64,000 nt of DNA. Source: Ruditapes philippinarum. Its lineage: Eukaryota. The stretch covers positions 62,001 through 126,000 of the forward strand of contig NW_026859508.1 in NCBI RefSeq assembly GCF_026571515.1. The letters are read 5' to 3'. The position numbers and the translations under genes are program-made. Shown here piece by piece: positions 49,763-63,143 of this stretch. Positions within the stretch are counted from its first letter, which is position 1; each line of letters begins with the position of its first letter. The notes below the pieces were generated by a model. It made no database searches. It saw only the letters and a program-made list of their open reading frames with translations, and was not told where the DNA came from.

Positions 49763-51688
49763 AACAAGAGGGCCATGATGGCCCTGAGGTCGCTCACCTG
49801 TATATAGGCCCCCCCACCCGGGCCAATTTTTACCCAAGGGCTTTTATTTGTTTATTTGAACAGACTTGGTAGACACCCATAAGAAGATGTTACATGCTAA
49901 ACATCTAAGTTCTAGCTCATTGGGTTTTTTAAAAGAAGATTTTTAAAGTTTTTACTATACACATATAGTTAAAAACAATGACACCCCTGGGGCAGGGCCA
50001 GTTTTTGACCCCCGGGCCTTTATTTGAACAAACTTTGTTAGATATTTACTTAAAGATGTTTTCATGCTTAATATCTAAACTCTAGCTATTTGGGTTTTTT
50101 TACAAAGAAGATTTTTAAGTTTTTGCTATACACAGATAAGGAAAATCAATGACCCCCGGGCAGGGCCAGTTTTGACCCCAGGACTTTTATTTGATCATAC
50201 TTGGTAGACACCCATTAGAACATGTTTTCATGCTAAATATCTTAGCTCTAGCTTATTGAGTTCTTTAAAAGAAGATTTTTTAAGTTTTTACTATATGCAT
50301 ATAGGGAAAATCAATGACCCCCTGGGGCGGGGCCAATTTTGACCCCAGGGCTTTTATTTGAACAAACTTGGTAGACACTCATTAGAAGATGTTTCATGCT
50401 AAATATCTTAGCTCTAGCTCTTTGGGTTCTTTCAAAGAAGATTTTTAAGTTTTTGCTTTACACAGATAAGAAAAATCAATGACCCCCCGGGCGGGGCCAG
50501 TTTTGACCCCCAGGACTTTTATTTGAACATACTTGGTAGACACCCATTAGAACACCCTTTGTTTCATGCTAAATATCTTAGCTCTAGCTTTATTGAGTTC
50601 TTTTAAAAGAAGATTTTTTAAGTTTTTACTATATGCATATAGGGAAAATTCAATGACCCCCTGGGGCGGGGCCAATTTTGACCCCAGGGCTTTTATTTGA
50701 ACAAACTGGTAGACACTCATTAGAAGATGTTTCATGCTAAATATCTTAGCTCTAGCTCTTTGGGTTCTTTAAAAGAAGATTTTTTAATTTTTACTATATG
50801 CATTATAGGGAAAAATCTATGACCCCCTGGGGCGGGGTCAATTTTGACCCCAGGGCTTTTATTTGAACAAACTTGGTAGACATTCACTAGAAGATGTTTC
50901 ATGCAAAATATCTAAGCTCTAGCTCTTATGGTTCTTTAAAAGAAGATTTTTTAAGTTTTTACTATATGCATATAGGGAAAATCAATGACCCCCCGGAGCG
51001 GGGCCCATTTTGACCCCTGGGTTTTAATTTGAACAAACTTGGTAGACACTCACTAGAAGATGTTTCATGCTTAATATCTTACCTCTAGCTCTTTGGGTTC
51101 TTTAAAAGAAGATTTTTAAGTTTTTACTATATGCATATAGGGAAAATCAATGGCCCCCTGGGGCGGGGCCAATTTTGACCCCAGGGCTTTTATTTTAACA
51201 AACTTGGTAGACATTCACTAGAAAATATTTCATGCTTAATATCTTAGCTATAGCTCTTACGGTTCTTTTAAAGAAGATTTTTTAAGTTTTTACTATATGC
51301 ATATAGGGAAAATCAATGACCCCCCGGGGCGGGGCCAATTTTCACCCCAGGGCTTTTATTTGAACGAATTTGGTAGACACTCACTAGAAGATGTTTCATG
51401 CCAAATATCTAAGCTCTAGCTCTTAGGGTTGTTTAAAAGAAGATATTTAAAGATTTTTCTTTCGGTTGCCATGGCAACCAGAGTTCTGCATGGAATTAAG
51501 TTCTTTGAACAATTTTTAAAGGTGACCACCAAAGGAACATTCCTGTGAAGTTTGGATGAAATTGGCTCAGTGGTTTATGAGGAGATGTCATTTAAAGCAA
51601 AAGTTTACGGACGGACGCCGGACGGACGCCGGACGAAAAGCGATTACAAAAGCTCACCCTGTCACTTTGTGACAGGTGAGCTAAAAAA
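49763..51688 (-). mobile_element. HINE/pearl-like element with ~10 x ~167-bp tandem array
   Basis: AACAAGAGGGCCATGATGGCCCT hairpin plus subTIR GCTCACCTG; array of GACCCC..GGGCGGGGCCAATTTTGACCCCAGGG units; GGACGGACGCC microsatellite; AGCTCACCCTGTCACTTTGTGACAGGTGAGCTAAAAA end. Confidence 0.9.
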
Positions 51689-51763
51689 CCAAAAACATTG
51701 CGTATTATGGACATAAAAAATTTATACAATAATAACATAAATATAAACAAGATTGCATTTGTA

Positions 51764-53594
51764 AACAAGAGGGCCATGATGGCCCTGTGTCTCTCACCAG
51801 AAACAACTGTTTTTCAGTGTTATTTTTCAAAGAACTTGCTGAAAGACCAGTCCAGCTCAACTTTTACTTGCCCTTCTAATTTAAATTATTGAAATATTTT
51901 GCCCTAATATTTTGGAGGCTTTGTTAGAAATATCTATGTTGCAAGTGTGTTCCCATGAGACTATGTAGAATAAAATAATGCAGAATAAACAGGTCTAGGA
52001 TTTCATGATATTTACGGACAGTCTGTAAATTTTTGGACGAGCCATAATTTTACAGATTTTTGCATCTGTAAATTTACAGACATTAAGTAAGAAAAAAGAA
52101 GAAGCTGCATTAAAATTCAAAACCACAGGTTAAAATTAATAAGGTTACATACTATATGATTAAATGTAACAGTATGGTGAGATTCATGCGTCACGGAAAA
52201 CACACAGCTATAATATTACCGCATCAAATGCAAAAGTACTGTGTCAAAAACGCAGAAAACGCTCTCTAGAGAAAACACTGCATGAAGTGATGTAATTAAG
52301 TGAATATGAATGAAACCAAATAAAGCTTGATACTAAGTTCTTATATATCTTGTATAATGTGCTTAAGTTATTTCATAAGAGGTCATGACCTCAATAATTT
52401 CATCAGCAAACAGCAGGTCATTCACATGTATGAAAGAAATTCCAGCAAGAGTTGTTTCCCTTTCATTAAACTATAATTTGAAGAAATGCCATGGTCTGGG
52501 GTATCTTAGCTTTAGCAATCCCTAAAAGGGGCCAATCAAATAAATATGAGCAATTTTTATAAGAGATACTATAAGAATGCTAATAACAAAGTTTGGTGAT
52601 CATCCATCAATAAGTTTTCTGTAGAAAAAAGCTGTCTAAAGGTTTATATCATTTTTAGCTCCCTTGACCCCTAAAAGGGGGCCTATCAAATTAATATGAG
52701 CAAATTTGATAAAAGACTACCTAAGAATGCTACAGACAAAGTTTGGTGATCATCCATCAATTGGTTCTGTAGAAGATGTCTAAATGATTTTCTATTTTTA
52801 GGTCTAGAGACCCCTAAAAGGAACCAATCAAATTAATATGAGCAAATTTGATAAAAGACTACCCAAGAATGCTACAGACAAAGTTTGGTGATCATCCATC
52901 ATATAGTTCTTTAGATATAGATGTTTAAAGTAATTTCTAATTTTAGCTTTAGCAAAAAGGGCCAATCAAATTGATATGAGCAAACTTGATAAAAGACTAC
53001 CCAAAAATGATACAGACAAAGTTTGGTGATCATCCATCCATTAGTTCTGTAGAAGAAGATGTCTAAAGGTTTTTTTCTATTTTTAGCCCTAGAGACCCCT
53101 AAAAGGGGCCATTCAAATTAATATGAGCAAACTTGATAAAAGACTATCCAAGAACGCTACAGACAAAGTTTCGTGAACATCCATCAATTAGTTCTGTAGA
53201 AAAATATGTCTAAAGGTTTTTTTCTATTTTTAGCCATAGAGACCCCTAAAAGGGCCAATCAAATCAATATGAGCAAACTTGATAAAAGACTATCCAAGAA
53301 TGCTACTGTTATACAGACAAAGTTTGGTGATCATCCATCTATTAGTTCTGTATAAGAAGATGTTTAATGGTTTTTCTATTTTTAGCTCTGTTGACCCCTA
53401 AAAGGGGCCAATTGAAATGGCATGAGCAAATTCAAGTGTGACTGTCACAAGGATGCTACAGACCAAATTTGAAGTAAATCTGTCCAGCGGTTTCAGAGAA
53501 GAAGATGATTGTTGACGCATGACGACGGACGCCGGAGTATCCCCCTTTGATACTAATAGCTCACCCTGAGCCTTCGGCTATGGTGAGCTAAAAA
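51764..53594 (-). mobile_element. HINE/pearl-like element with ~7 x ~145-bp array (52500-53480)
   Basis: Same terminal hairpin AACAAGAGGGCCATGATGGCCCT; repeats with CCCCTAAAAGGGGCCAATCAAATTAATATGAGCAAA; end AGCTCACCCTGAGCCTTCGGCTATGGTGAGCTAAAAA. Confidence 0.85.
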
Positions 53595-53639
53595 TGCCAT
53601 GCCACTGCATAAATACAACACTAAATAGTAATGTAGGAA

Positions 53640-55413
53640 CACAATAGTACCTTCAGACAATAAGATTTTTAATGTTTTACTTTAAAACATAGTGACTGAA
53701 AATCAATGATCCCCAGGGGCGGGGCCAATTTTGACCCCAGGGCTTTAATTTGAATAATCTTACTAGAGGTTCACTACACAATATTTAATGCAAAATGTCT
53801 AACCTCTAGCCTTTGTCAATTAGAGAAGATGTTTTTTTAAAGTTTTTACTATATACATGTAAGGAAAACCTATGACCCCCGGGGCGGGGCTAGTTTTGAC
53901 ACTAGATGCAAAATACCCCAGGGCTTTAAATTTGAATAACCTTACTAGAGGTTCACTACACAATATTTAATGCAAAATGTCTTAACTCTAGCCTTTGTCA
54001 ATTAGAGAAGATGATTTTTTAAAGTTTTTACTATATACATGTACATGTAAGGAAAACCTATGACCCCCGGGGCGGGGCTAGTTTTGACACTAGAGGCAAA
54101 ATTTGAACATTTGGTAGAGTACCTATAGATGATATCATATACCAAATATCAAAGCTCTAAGCCTTGTACCTTTAGACAATAACATTTTTTTATTTTTTAC
54201 TATATGTACTTATTGAAAATCAATGAACCCCGGGGCGGGGCCAATTTTGACCCCAGGGCTTTAATTTGTGCAATCTTCCTAAAGGTTCACTACACAATCT
54301 TTCATGCAAAATATCTAACATCTAGCCTTTGTGAATTTAGAGAAGATGATTTTTTATGACATCGCTTTAATCAAGATATTATTCAAGTTTTCTTAGATCT
54401 TTTTATTATCGTTTCGGATCTTTCATTGAGCATGTGATTTGTTTCCAACATGTAAAATCGGTAAAGCTATGTTCATGTCGCTAACATAATGGGTTTTTTT
54501 TATTTGTTGTATTAAAACGGCCCCATTTCTCTCTTTTTTGTTTGATGTTTGACTAAAGGGTTTGCAAAGGAATTCTGCATAGGCTTAAAAATTCCCCCCC
54601 ACTCGTTTAGCTGTTACGTCTAAACAAGTAGGTAATATAGAATTTTCACACACGATATTGCGTTCACCAAAAATATTATTTCAAACATCAGATCTAAACT
54701 GAAAATATCAAAACGTGCTCATTTTACAAAAAGACGTTTCTTAAGCCAGTTTGAATAATGTTCAATAAGCTGTTCAGCCATGTTCAGATTTCTTTTCAAA
54801 TAGTCCATATCCCTAGTGTACTGATTCACAAGACTTTGCTGGTTTTTACTATATACATATAAGGAAAACCTATGACCCCCGGGGTGGGGCTGATTTTGAC
54901 ACTTGAGGCAAAATTTGAACAACTTTGGTAGAATACCTATAGATAATAACACATACCAAATATCAAACCTCTAAGCCTAGTACCTTCAGACAAGAGGGTA
55001 TTTTAATTTTTACTATATGTACATACAGTGAAAATCAATGACCCCTGGGGCCGGGCCGATTTGGACCCCAGGGCTATAATTTGAACAATCTTGGTAGAGG
55101 TCTACCAGACAATGCCTTATGCAAAATATCTAAGCTCTAGGCCTTTTGGGTCTTTACAAGAAGATTTTTTAAGTTTATTCTTATAATTCCTTTTGGTTGC
55201 CATGGCAACCAGATTTCTGCATGGAATGAAATTCTTTGAACAACTTTGGAAGCCCTTCATCCAAGGATCAATCCTGCCAAGTTTGGTTGAAATTGGACTA
55301 GTGGTTTTTCACAAGAAGATTTTTTAAGTTCACTATATAATCTATAGAACACACAAACACACAGGTGAATCGCTACATGCCACCGCATCGCAGATGCTGC
55401 GGTGGCATAAAAA
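53640..55413 (-). mobile_element. Truncated HINE-like array of alternating ~170-bp units, interrupted at ~54355-54830
   Basis: Units related to the 49763 array; GTTGCCATGGCAACCAG post-array motif; terminal hairpin ATGCCACCGCATCGCAGATGCTGCGGTGGCATAAAAA. Confidence 0.7.
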
Positions 55414-56096
55414 CCTTCTTAAATATGAAAATGATATACAAAAAGAATAACATTATGATGGCCGAACAGAAAGCCTTTGTGAGAAAGACAAATTAAATAG
55501 CAAGTAGAAATTACATCCTGTGACAACTATAATTCCTTTTTCTGTTATTAAACTTTAAGATTGAAATTTTCTTTGAAAGTGACGGCCATTAAAGTGGATT
55601 AGACAACAATGGTTAAATTTACCATATTTTAAGTACTGATAAAAACAATAGTGTCAATGTATTGTGAATCCCTGTCTACAATACAGGCTGTGTGTTCACT
55701 AAGAAAAAGATCAGGATAAAAAGATCCTGATTGTATTTTCATTGTTATATAAAACTCTCAAATTGATTTTATCTTGCTAGAATTGAATGGAACATAAAAA
55801 TTATTCAAAATGTAAACAAAATGCAAAGAAGCAAACCTATTTTGAGATAAAAATCAATGAATAACAGAACAAATACAAAAATAATTGGATCAATTTTAGG
55901 ATCAAGATAAATATTTTAATTTACGACGATACAATGGAGAATACATGTATTTGAGTTTTGGTTTAATCTTAGTAAACACAGGGCCAGGTGATTTATACTC
56001 TTAAGTCATCTATCTCTTTTAAATAAATAATAATCTATACCGCAGAATAGGGCAGTATAGAACATGAAATACTATTATCCATGCCCAAACCGATCA

Positions 56097-59000
56097 TCAG
56101 CTAATGAGGAAATCTTGTACACTGCAAGTCTGAGTTCTCGCAGCCTTTTTATGGCAGCCAATTTGCACGAGCTTCAGGTTATTCTTCGTAAACAATAATT
56201 TATACACGTACTCCCAGTTGATCTGCTCGTGTTTCTTTCTGGTCTTTGCTGCCTCGATTAATGTCGGTAAAATTTCTCTAGATTTCTCTATACTGAAATT
56301 AAGATCAAAATATCAAAACAGTTTTTAGTTAAACAATCTCACATGATTTTGTAAAGAAAGCATATCAAAACCATATATTTTAGTTGGAATAAATTAAGAA
56401 TTTAAGTCACACATAAAAAGTCAAAGACATATGTCAAATTTTCTAGCTTTGGTTTGAACATATTTATTTTTTTACTAAGTTACAACCCCATACAACATAC
56501 TGGAAATTAATACAATATCATAATAAACTGGATTGCACTAAAAGCTTATTGCAATGCTCTCTTTCTAGCTTTACCTAAGGTGCACTTTCTTACATTATTT
56601 AAGACACAAGCTGGCACCTAGGTAGAACCACCAACCTTCTGTTTGCTATGCTAGCTGGATAATTTATTTCTCACAAGAATACTATTCAAGTTCTTGTTGA
56701 GATTTGAACCCACAGAGGTAATGGGCTAGTGATCTGAAGTCAGTTACCTTAACCATTCAGCCATGGTCATGAATGAAAGTACTGGCTAGTGGCTAACATA
56801 ACAAGGTCATGGTGAACCAACATTGATATGAAATCCATTGCGTTTGAGCATACTATATAGAACAAGGCAATGTCACAACCAAATATTTTAGTTCAGATTT
56901 TAAAGGTTCTTTAATGTGAGGCTATTTAAAAGCAAGTGATCACCAAAGTTGGGCAAACTTTTACCCAATGCTGTTAATTAAACAAACTTATTGATGTCAT
57001 TAATGGGGGTATTATTTTAAGATGAACAACCATGAACATTTAAAATTTCAGCCGTGTCACAACAAAACCAACATAGTGGGTTTGCGACCAGCATGGATCC
57101 AGACCATCCGCGCAGTCTGGTCAGGATCCATGCTGTTCGCAGTCAGTTTCTCCACTTGTAATAGAGTTGGTAAGCGAACAGCATGGATCCTGATCAGACT
57201 GCGCGGATGGTCTGGATCCATGCTGGTCACAAACCCACTATGTTGGTTTTGTCAAGACGTGGCTCATTAATGATGGTTGAGCTTATAAGTGCACCTTTAT
57301 TGATTTGCATAAGCTTACTTCCTAAGACAAGAGTAGCACATAGCTAGTTTAGTAACATTCCTATCATGAAAATGAAAAATGACTCTTATTTCACTTTAAA
57401 TGGTCTTTATTTTGGGTATGTGATAAATAGAATATTAAATTCGTGTAAGTTCATTACTGAATTTATTGCACTCGTTGAATAAAATAATATTATGCTCGCC
57501 AGAGGCTCGCACAATATAATTTTATTCAACTCGTGCAATAAATTCAGTATTAAACTTACACTCATTCAATATCCTCTATGTATTTACAGTCACACCAACA
57601 CCATGAGAAGTTGAGAACTTTCCATCTCCAATGGTTAAGAAAGAAGACTCAATGTGACCCTTGACATCATTCCTCGTATCTCAGCAAACAACCTGACAGA
57701 ATGGCAATCCGTAAACTAGCGGAAAAACTTTCTTACAAGAAAGAATTCATTACCAATATTAGTAGAATTTAAACTAACAATCATAACAAGCAATGATCAG
57801 AAGACAATAAGTAATATTCACCACTCAGCCACAAAATCTCCTAGTGATGGTAAAAACTTTACCTCTGGGAAGTTAAAAATCAAAATACATTAGCAGATAT
57901 ATCTACTTACACATGATCTAAATTCCACAACCCAAACAGTTGCCGATAACCTCTCGAAGCATAAGGATTTATTGTATGAAAACTATCACATCTCTCGCTA
58001 TCAAATGGTCCTTCACACTGAAACCAGCCTTTCTTGTCACACAGACGGTCATTAGGTTTGGCGGTACGATCAAAATATGCTCCATGGAAATCGTTCTTCT
58101 TCAAAGTTGCATTAAGCTGGTCTACTAAATCAGACAGTGTCTCCTTAGCACCAACATCATTATCTTTTTCTATCTGTTCCTTAGCCTTAAATATCATATA
58201 TACTTCAAGTTTATATTTTGTTACTGAGATACTGAAAACAATACATTATTCATCGTTCATTATGATAAAAAATATCTCAAGAAATGGAGAAGAGTGTCCC
58301 GTGAAGTAGATTTTACTTTAAATCTCAATCTAGTATACTGATATAATATATAAATTGTTCCAGAATACTGATTTTTCTCTGTATATAAAGTTAATTTGAT
58401 AGTATATATTTAAAGTTAATTATATTGTATATATTAAATTTAATTCGATATTTTCTTTATAAAGTACATGTAAAATAATAATAGGACAATAAAGTATTAA
58501 AACTGAATAGAATAACATTGTATGTCCAAAAAAGAAAAATAAATAAAGAAATTTTTAAAGAAATGAATCTCAATGATTTTGCAATTTTCAAAATTATCTC
58601 GATTACGGTATAACCGAGAAGCAAAGTCTTAATCTTAAAATGGCAATAAAATAGAACAACTAACCTCTTAGTCAAGTTATTTTTTAAACATTATTAAATA
58701 TGTTCAAACAATCTCTTTACCATTGCTAACCATGGTAAAGTAACTATAACTCTCAATTCGGTAAACAAGTTAAAAAATTTAACAATATAAGTATTTTCCC
58801 CTAAAATGCTAAGTGCACTTTTTTCGCAATTAACATGATTTAAAAACAGCTAACTTATATCAGCTAGTTGATAAATTTAACTGAATGAAAGACAGAAAAC
58901 TGTCCCTGCTATGAACCATGCATGTTAAACTGAACTGAAATTGAAAATTTGATACAATGTGTGGGTAAATTCCATTCTCAGTTTTTAGAATATGATTTCT

Positions 59001-60056
59001 GGGTTTTCCCTTTTTCTAATTTTTTGTGCTATATTTTCCTACTTCAGAACGCCACAGGTTGTTTTGAAAATTCCAAAAAGGATGACTGTAAATATGAAAA
59101 GAGCAATGTTTTTTTACCGAGTTAAAGTAACTCCTGATTCTGGTCTGAGCATTGTGTCTCATCACCTCCTGTTTTGTTTTATACTTCTTGTTTAAACCTG
59201 AAAGTTTAAAGTATTTTGTTAACTAAAATTTCCAACTATAAGAATATTGAGTAACTTTTTGTTTTGATTAATTTAATTAGAGAAGAGATACAACATTTTT
59301 TCATTCATAAGAAAACTAAAGCATCTGAAAGAACTTTTTTTGTTTGGTGCTGTTTTATGTTGTATCAACACAGTAGAGGTCATATGGCAACTTTCTAGCT
59401 TTATAAGTGGAGAAAGACCCATGGTACATCTGCATCTCTGTGTATTATTTCAAACCGAAAAGGGCATCTGAGTAGAACCACCAATGTTTCGTAAGCTAGA
59501 TGGATAGCTTCCTCAATGAATGCTTCCAAGTCCCTGGTGGGATTCAAAACTCACTGCATTGAGATTCAAGTTGTTGGAAGTCATTGATATTAACCACTTG
59601 GTTGTTTATGCCCAAACAAGAGTAAAGATATAAAACTGTACATATCTTTAAACCTAGGTTCTATGAATTAATTCTTCACATCAGTTCATTTGGAAGAATA
59701 AGTGGCTATTTATAGGATTGAGAAACTTTGTACTGTGACTAACATCCCGAAAATAATATAACTCACACTCAATTGGAAAAAGTTGCCCAATTTAAACATT
59801 TTCATGATGATGATAAATAAACATTAAATATGTCATGCATGTAAGAAACATCAATTTCTACCTTCAAACCAATCTTCATTCTCGTATCTATATTCCGAGT
59901 CTGGGTCGGTCTCTAACAACTCCAGGTACTGTGATATGATATGAACTTTCTCCGGCGAACCTTCGTCAGTCAGCATGTCTCGTATCTGATCAGCTATCTG
60001 GTTCTTCTTAGTTACATTATACAGTTTACTTAGTGCATTGTGAATCAAGGCTCCGG
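56097..60056 (-). CDS. DFFB: DNA fragmentation factor subunit beta (CAD/DFF40), clean exons 60056-59862, 59197-59118, 58185-57911, 56292-56097
   Basis: The spliced protein contains EDWFEGLNKKYKTKQEVMRHNAQTRIRSY, GAYFDR, GWFQCEGPFDSERCDSFHTINPYASRGYRQLFGLWNLDHVIEKSREILPTL and INWEYVYKLLFTKNNLKLVQIGCHKK, all hallmark CAD motifs; phases are consistent. Confidence 0.95.
57047..57267. mobile_element. Palindromic MITE, family P (copy 4, in a DFFB intron)
   Basis: Same arms; a further 30-bp fragment lies at 42697-42727. Confidence 0.85.
57425..57580. repeat. ~155-bp palindromic element
   Basis: TACTGAATTTATTGCACTCGTTGAATAAAATAATATT / AATATAATTTTATTCAACTCGTGCAATAAATTCAGTA; ends ATATCCTCTAT like the 14718/32950 family. 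Confidence 0.75.
59345..59612 (-). mobile_element. Third-family SINE copy (others at ~56560-56765 and ~57585-57830)
   Basis: GGGCATCTGAGTAGAACCACCAATGTTTCGTAAGCTAGATGGATAGCTTCCTCA is the reverse complement of the 8878 body; tRNA-like head at the right end. Confidence 0.7.
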
Positions 60057-60638
60057 CTGTAATGGGTTAAATGCATGCCTTAGAATGATTACCTCAATTA
60101 AATACTTTATTTCCTGCCATTATCAACAAAGTGATATATTCATGACCATGATCAACATGCTATTATCTCTTATTACTGTTTCACACAGCAGATAAATACC
60201 AGCCATTTTATTTTACAGAAAAGACACAACTAGTGTCATTAACTTCTTCACAGGTAAATAACCCCACCTGAGCAAAAAATTGTTTTTATCGTAAAAATAC
60301 ATTAACATAAGAATTATTATAATGCATCATTGTTTGGTGCTTTCACAGGTTTATCTTTTGTTGTACTAAAACAAAACTTAGCATGTGCCCGAAATCTGCA
60401 GGAGCCACATTATTGTTACCAGAACCACATGACACACTTGAGACATTACATTAACCTTTTTAGCTTACCTTACTGTTAAATGTTAGTGTATGCCTTACTA
60501 AATTTGAACACCATATTCCATATATTTAAGCAATAGCATAAGTTGTGTAAGATAACTTCAATCATACCACAGGAACTTGAAATTCTATCAAATAACCAAT
60601 ATTAATTATAATATCCAAATATACCCCCTATATACTAT

Positions 60639-62080
60639 AACAAGAGCTGTCGGTAGGACAGCATGCTCGACTATTCTAAGTGCTTGATAGTAAAAGAGCT
60701 TTGATACTGTTAAATTTTTTAAGTTCACAAAAGGGCTAAATTTTTTTTTATAAATTCATGTTATAGGCCTTAGAGAGGGTCTAATTATACAGTATTGGCT
60801 TGACTATTCGGAAGGAAATGTCACTTAGGGTGTTTTATTGAGTATAATAATATTAATTACCTATGAATACATAAATTTGACAGAAAAGGTACAAAGGCTT
60901 GTTATTAAGATGTTTTATCAAGTAAATCACTGCTTTATTATCATGAATGCATAAAATTGTCCCAAAAAAGGCACAAACCCTTCAGTAGTTGTTGATATAA
61001 CAGCTTACAAGCAAAACTTTACCAAGAATTTCTAAGTTGAAAGAAGGGGAGAAAAATCCGCCTAAATGCAAGATAGAATTATGGATCTTTGTCAGTGACC
61101 TACAATTATGACCCTAAATCATATGTGAAGTTTTAAATAAATATCTTTAAAAGTTATTGAGATATGTAAAACTTGCATGTAAACATTAACCAAGAGACTA
61201 AGTAGAAAAGGGGATATGAATCAGCCTTAATGCAAGATAGAGTTATGGAACTTGGTCAATGACATACAATTATGACCTTCCAATTATGAACCTAAGTGCA
61301 TGTGTAAAGTTTCAAGTAAATATCTTTGAAAACCTTTAACCAAATTTCTAAGTTTCAAAGGGGCAAATAATTCTGCAAATATTGCAGGCAGAGTAATGCA
61401 ATTTTGCAAACTGATGAACATTGTTACTATAAAAAAGTATTTTAAATTTCAATTGAATATCTCAAGCAATAATTGAGATATTTGACTTTACAAAAAAACT
61501 TTAACCAAAATTCTAAGTTCCAAAGGGGCATAATTTTGTCAATATTGTAGACAGAGTTATCCAACTTGTCAATCTGATGTACCTTGTTACTATAAATAAG
61601 TATTGTAAGTTTCAATTGAATATCTCAAGCAATAATAGAGATATTTGACTTTACAAAAAACTTTAACCAAAATTTCTAAGTTAAAAAGGGGCATAATTCT
61701 GTCAATATTGTAGGCAGAGTTATCCAACTTGTCAATCTGATGTACCTTGTTACTATAAATAAGTATTGTAAGTTTAAATTGAATATCTCAAGCAATAATT
61801 GAGATATTTGACTTTACAAAAAACTTTAACCAAAATTTTCTAAGTTAAAAAGGGGCATAATTCTGTCAATATTGTAGGCAGAGTTATCCAACTTGTCAAT
61901 CTTATGTACCTTGTTACTATAAATAAGTATTGTAAGTTTCAATTGAATATCTCAAGTAATAATTGAGATATTTGACTTTACAAAAAACTTTAACCAACGC
62001 AGACGCCGACGCGGACGCTGACGCCGACGCCGGGGCGACTACAATAGCTCTCATATTCTTCGAATAGTCGAGCTAAAAAA
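60639..62080 (-). mobile_element. HINE/pearl-like element with ~165-170-bp array, in a DFFB intron
   Basis: AACAAGAGCTGTCGGTAGGACAGC hairpin, subTIR GCTCGACTATTC/GAATAGTCGAGC, near-identical repeats at 61330-62000, GACGCC microsatellite. Confidence 0.85.
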
Positions 62081-62927
62081 ACACAAGGAATGAAACGCCT
62101 TTTCCCCACCCGAACATAATTTACGCCGAACAAATCAACAAAACAACGGATCAAATTATTCTATCTGGCCATTTCGATAAACAATACATTAATGCATCAA
62201 ATACCACCGATAACTTTTTAAAATCGCGTAGCTGTGTAGGAATGATTCAACATTTTCTGATTATTTCCTGCGATCTGAGTTTGTCGCCGACTCCATTCTG
62301 TGACCTCACTGGATTTTGAATCGAGGAGAATAATATTTATTAAAATTATTTTTAATAAGGCTAAAAAAATAACAGGTATGTATAAAACTTTTATACAAAT
62401 TATTCTATGTAAATAGATTTAAACATCTACATGTAAAACTTTTTTAACAAATTACTTTTATAAATACATTTGAAAGGGAAACCCCAAACAAGAACGGTAA
62501 ATCTTTGAAATAGTACTTTCGTTTTTAAAAAAAAATTGAGTACTCTATTTGATATGGCCCATCAAATAAATTCAGCCCTGTCGTAAGAAATAAATCAGTC
62601 ATTTGTTCTAGTTTGACAGTATTTTACTTGCAAACTTGTTATTTTTGGAACTTGTTAAAAATAATATTAATAAATATTATTCTCCTCGAATCAACATCCA
62701 GTGACGTCACGAAATGGAGTCGGCGACAAACTCAGATCGTGGGAAATAATCAGAAAATGTTGAATTATTCATATATAGCTACGAAATTAAAAAAGTTATC
62801 GGTGGTATTTGATGCATTTATGTATTGTTTATCGAAATGGCCAGATAGATTATTTTGATCCGTTGTTTTGTTCGGCGTAAATTATGTTCGGGTGGGGAAA
62901 AGGCGTTTCATTCCTTGTGTTTTTTTA
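62074..62927. mobile_element. Foldback/MITE, ~850 bp with ~310-bp inverted arms
   Basis: TAAAAAAACACAAGGAATGAAACGCCTTTTCCCCACCCGAACATAATTTACGCCGAACAAA is matched by its reverse complement ending at 62927. Confidence 0.92.
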
Positions 62928-63143
62928 TAATATATAGGGGGTATATTTTGCATATTATCGTTAATAGTGATAGAATTTCAAGTTCCTGTGATCATATCCT
63001 ATTTGTAACAGGTTTTGTTCATGCACAAATCATTTTGTTCATGATTTGTTTTGTCTTTTCTTGTAAATTTGTCTTGTTATATGTTTTACGTATTTGGTCT
63101 TGTATTGTCTTTCCAAAGTGTTCTAAGATATCAGTATTTTTAC

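Noticed and set aside
49800-51430. CRISPR-like regular array
   Set aside because: Whole ~167-bp units repeat with no unique spacers, there are no cas genes, and the context is eukaryotic.
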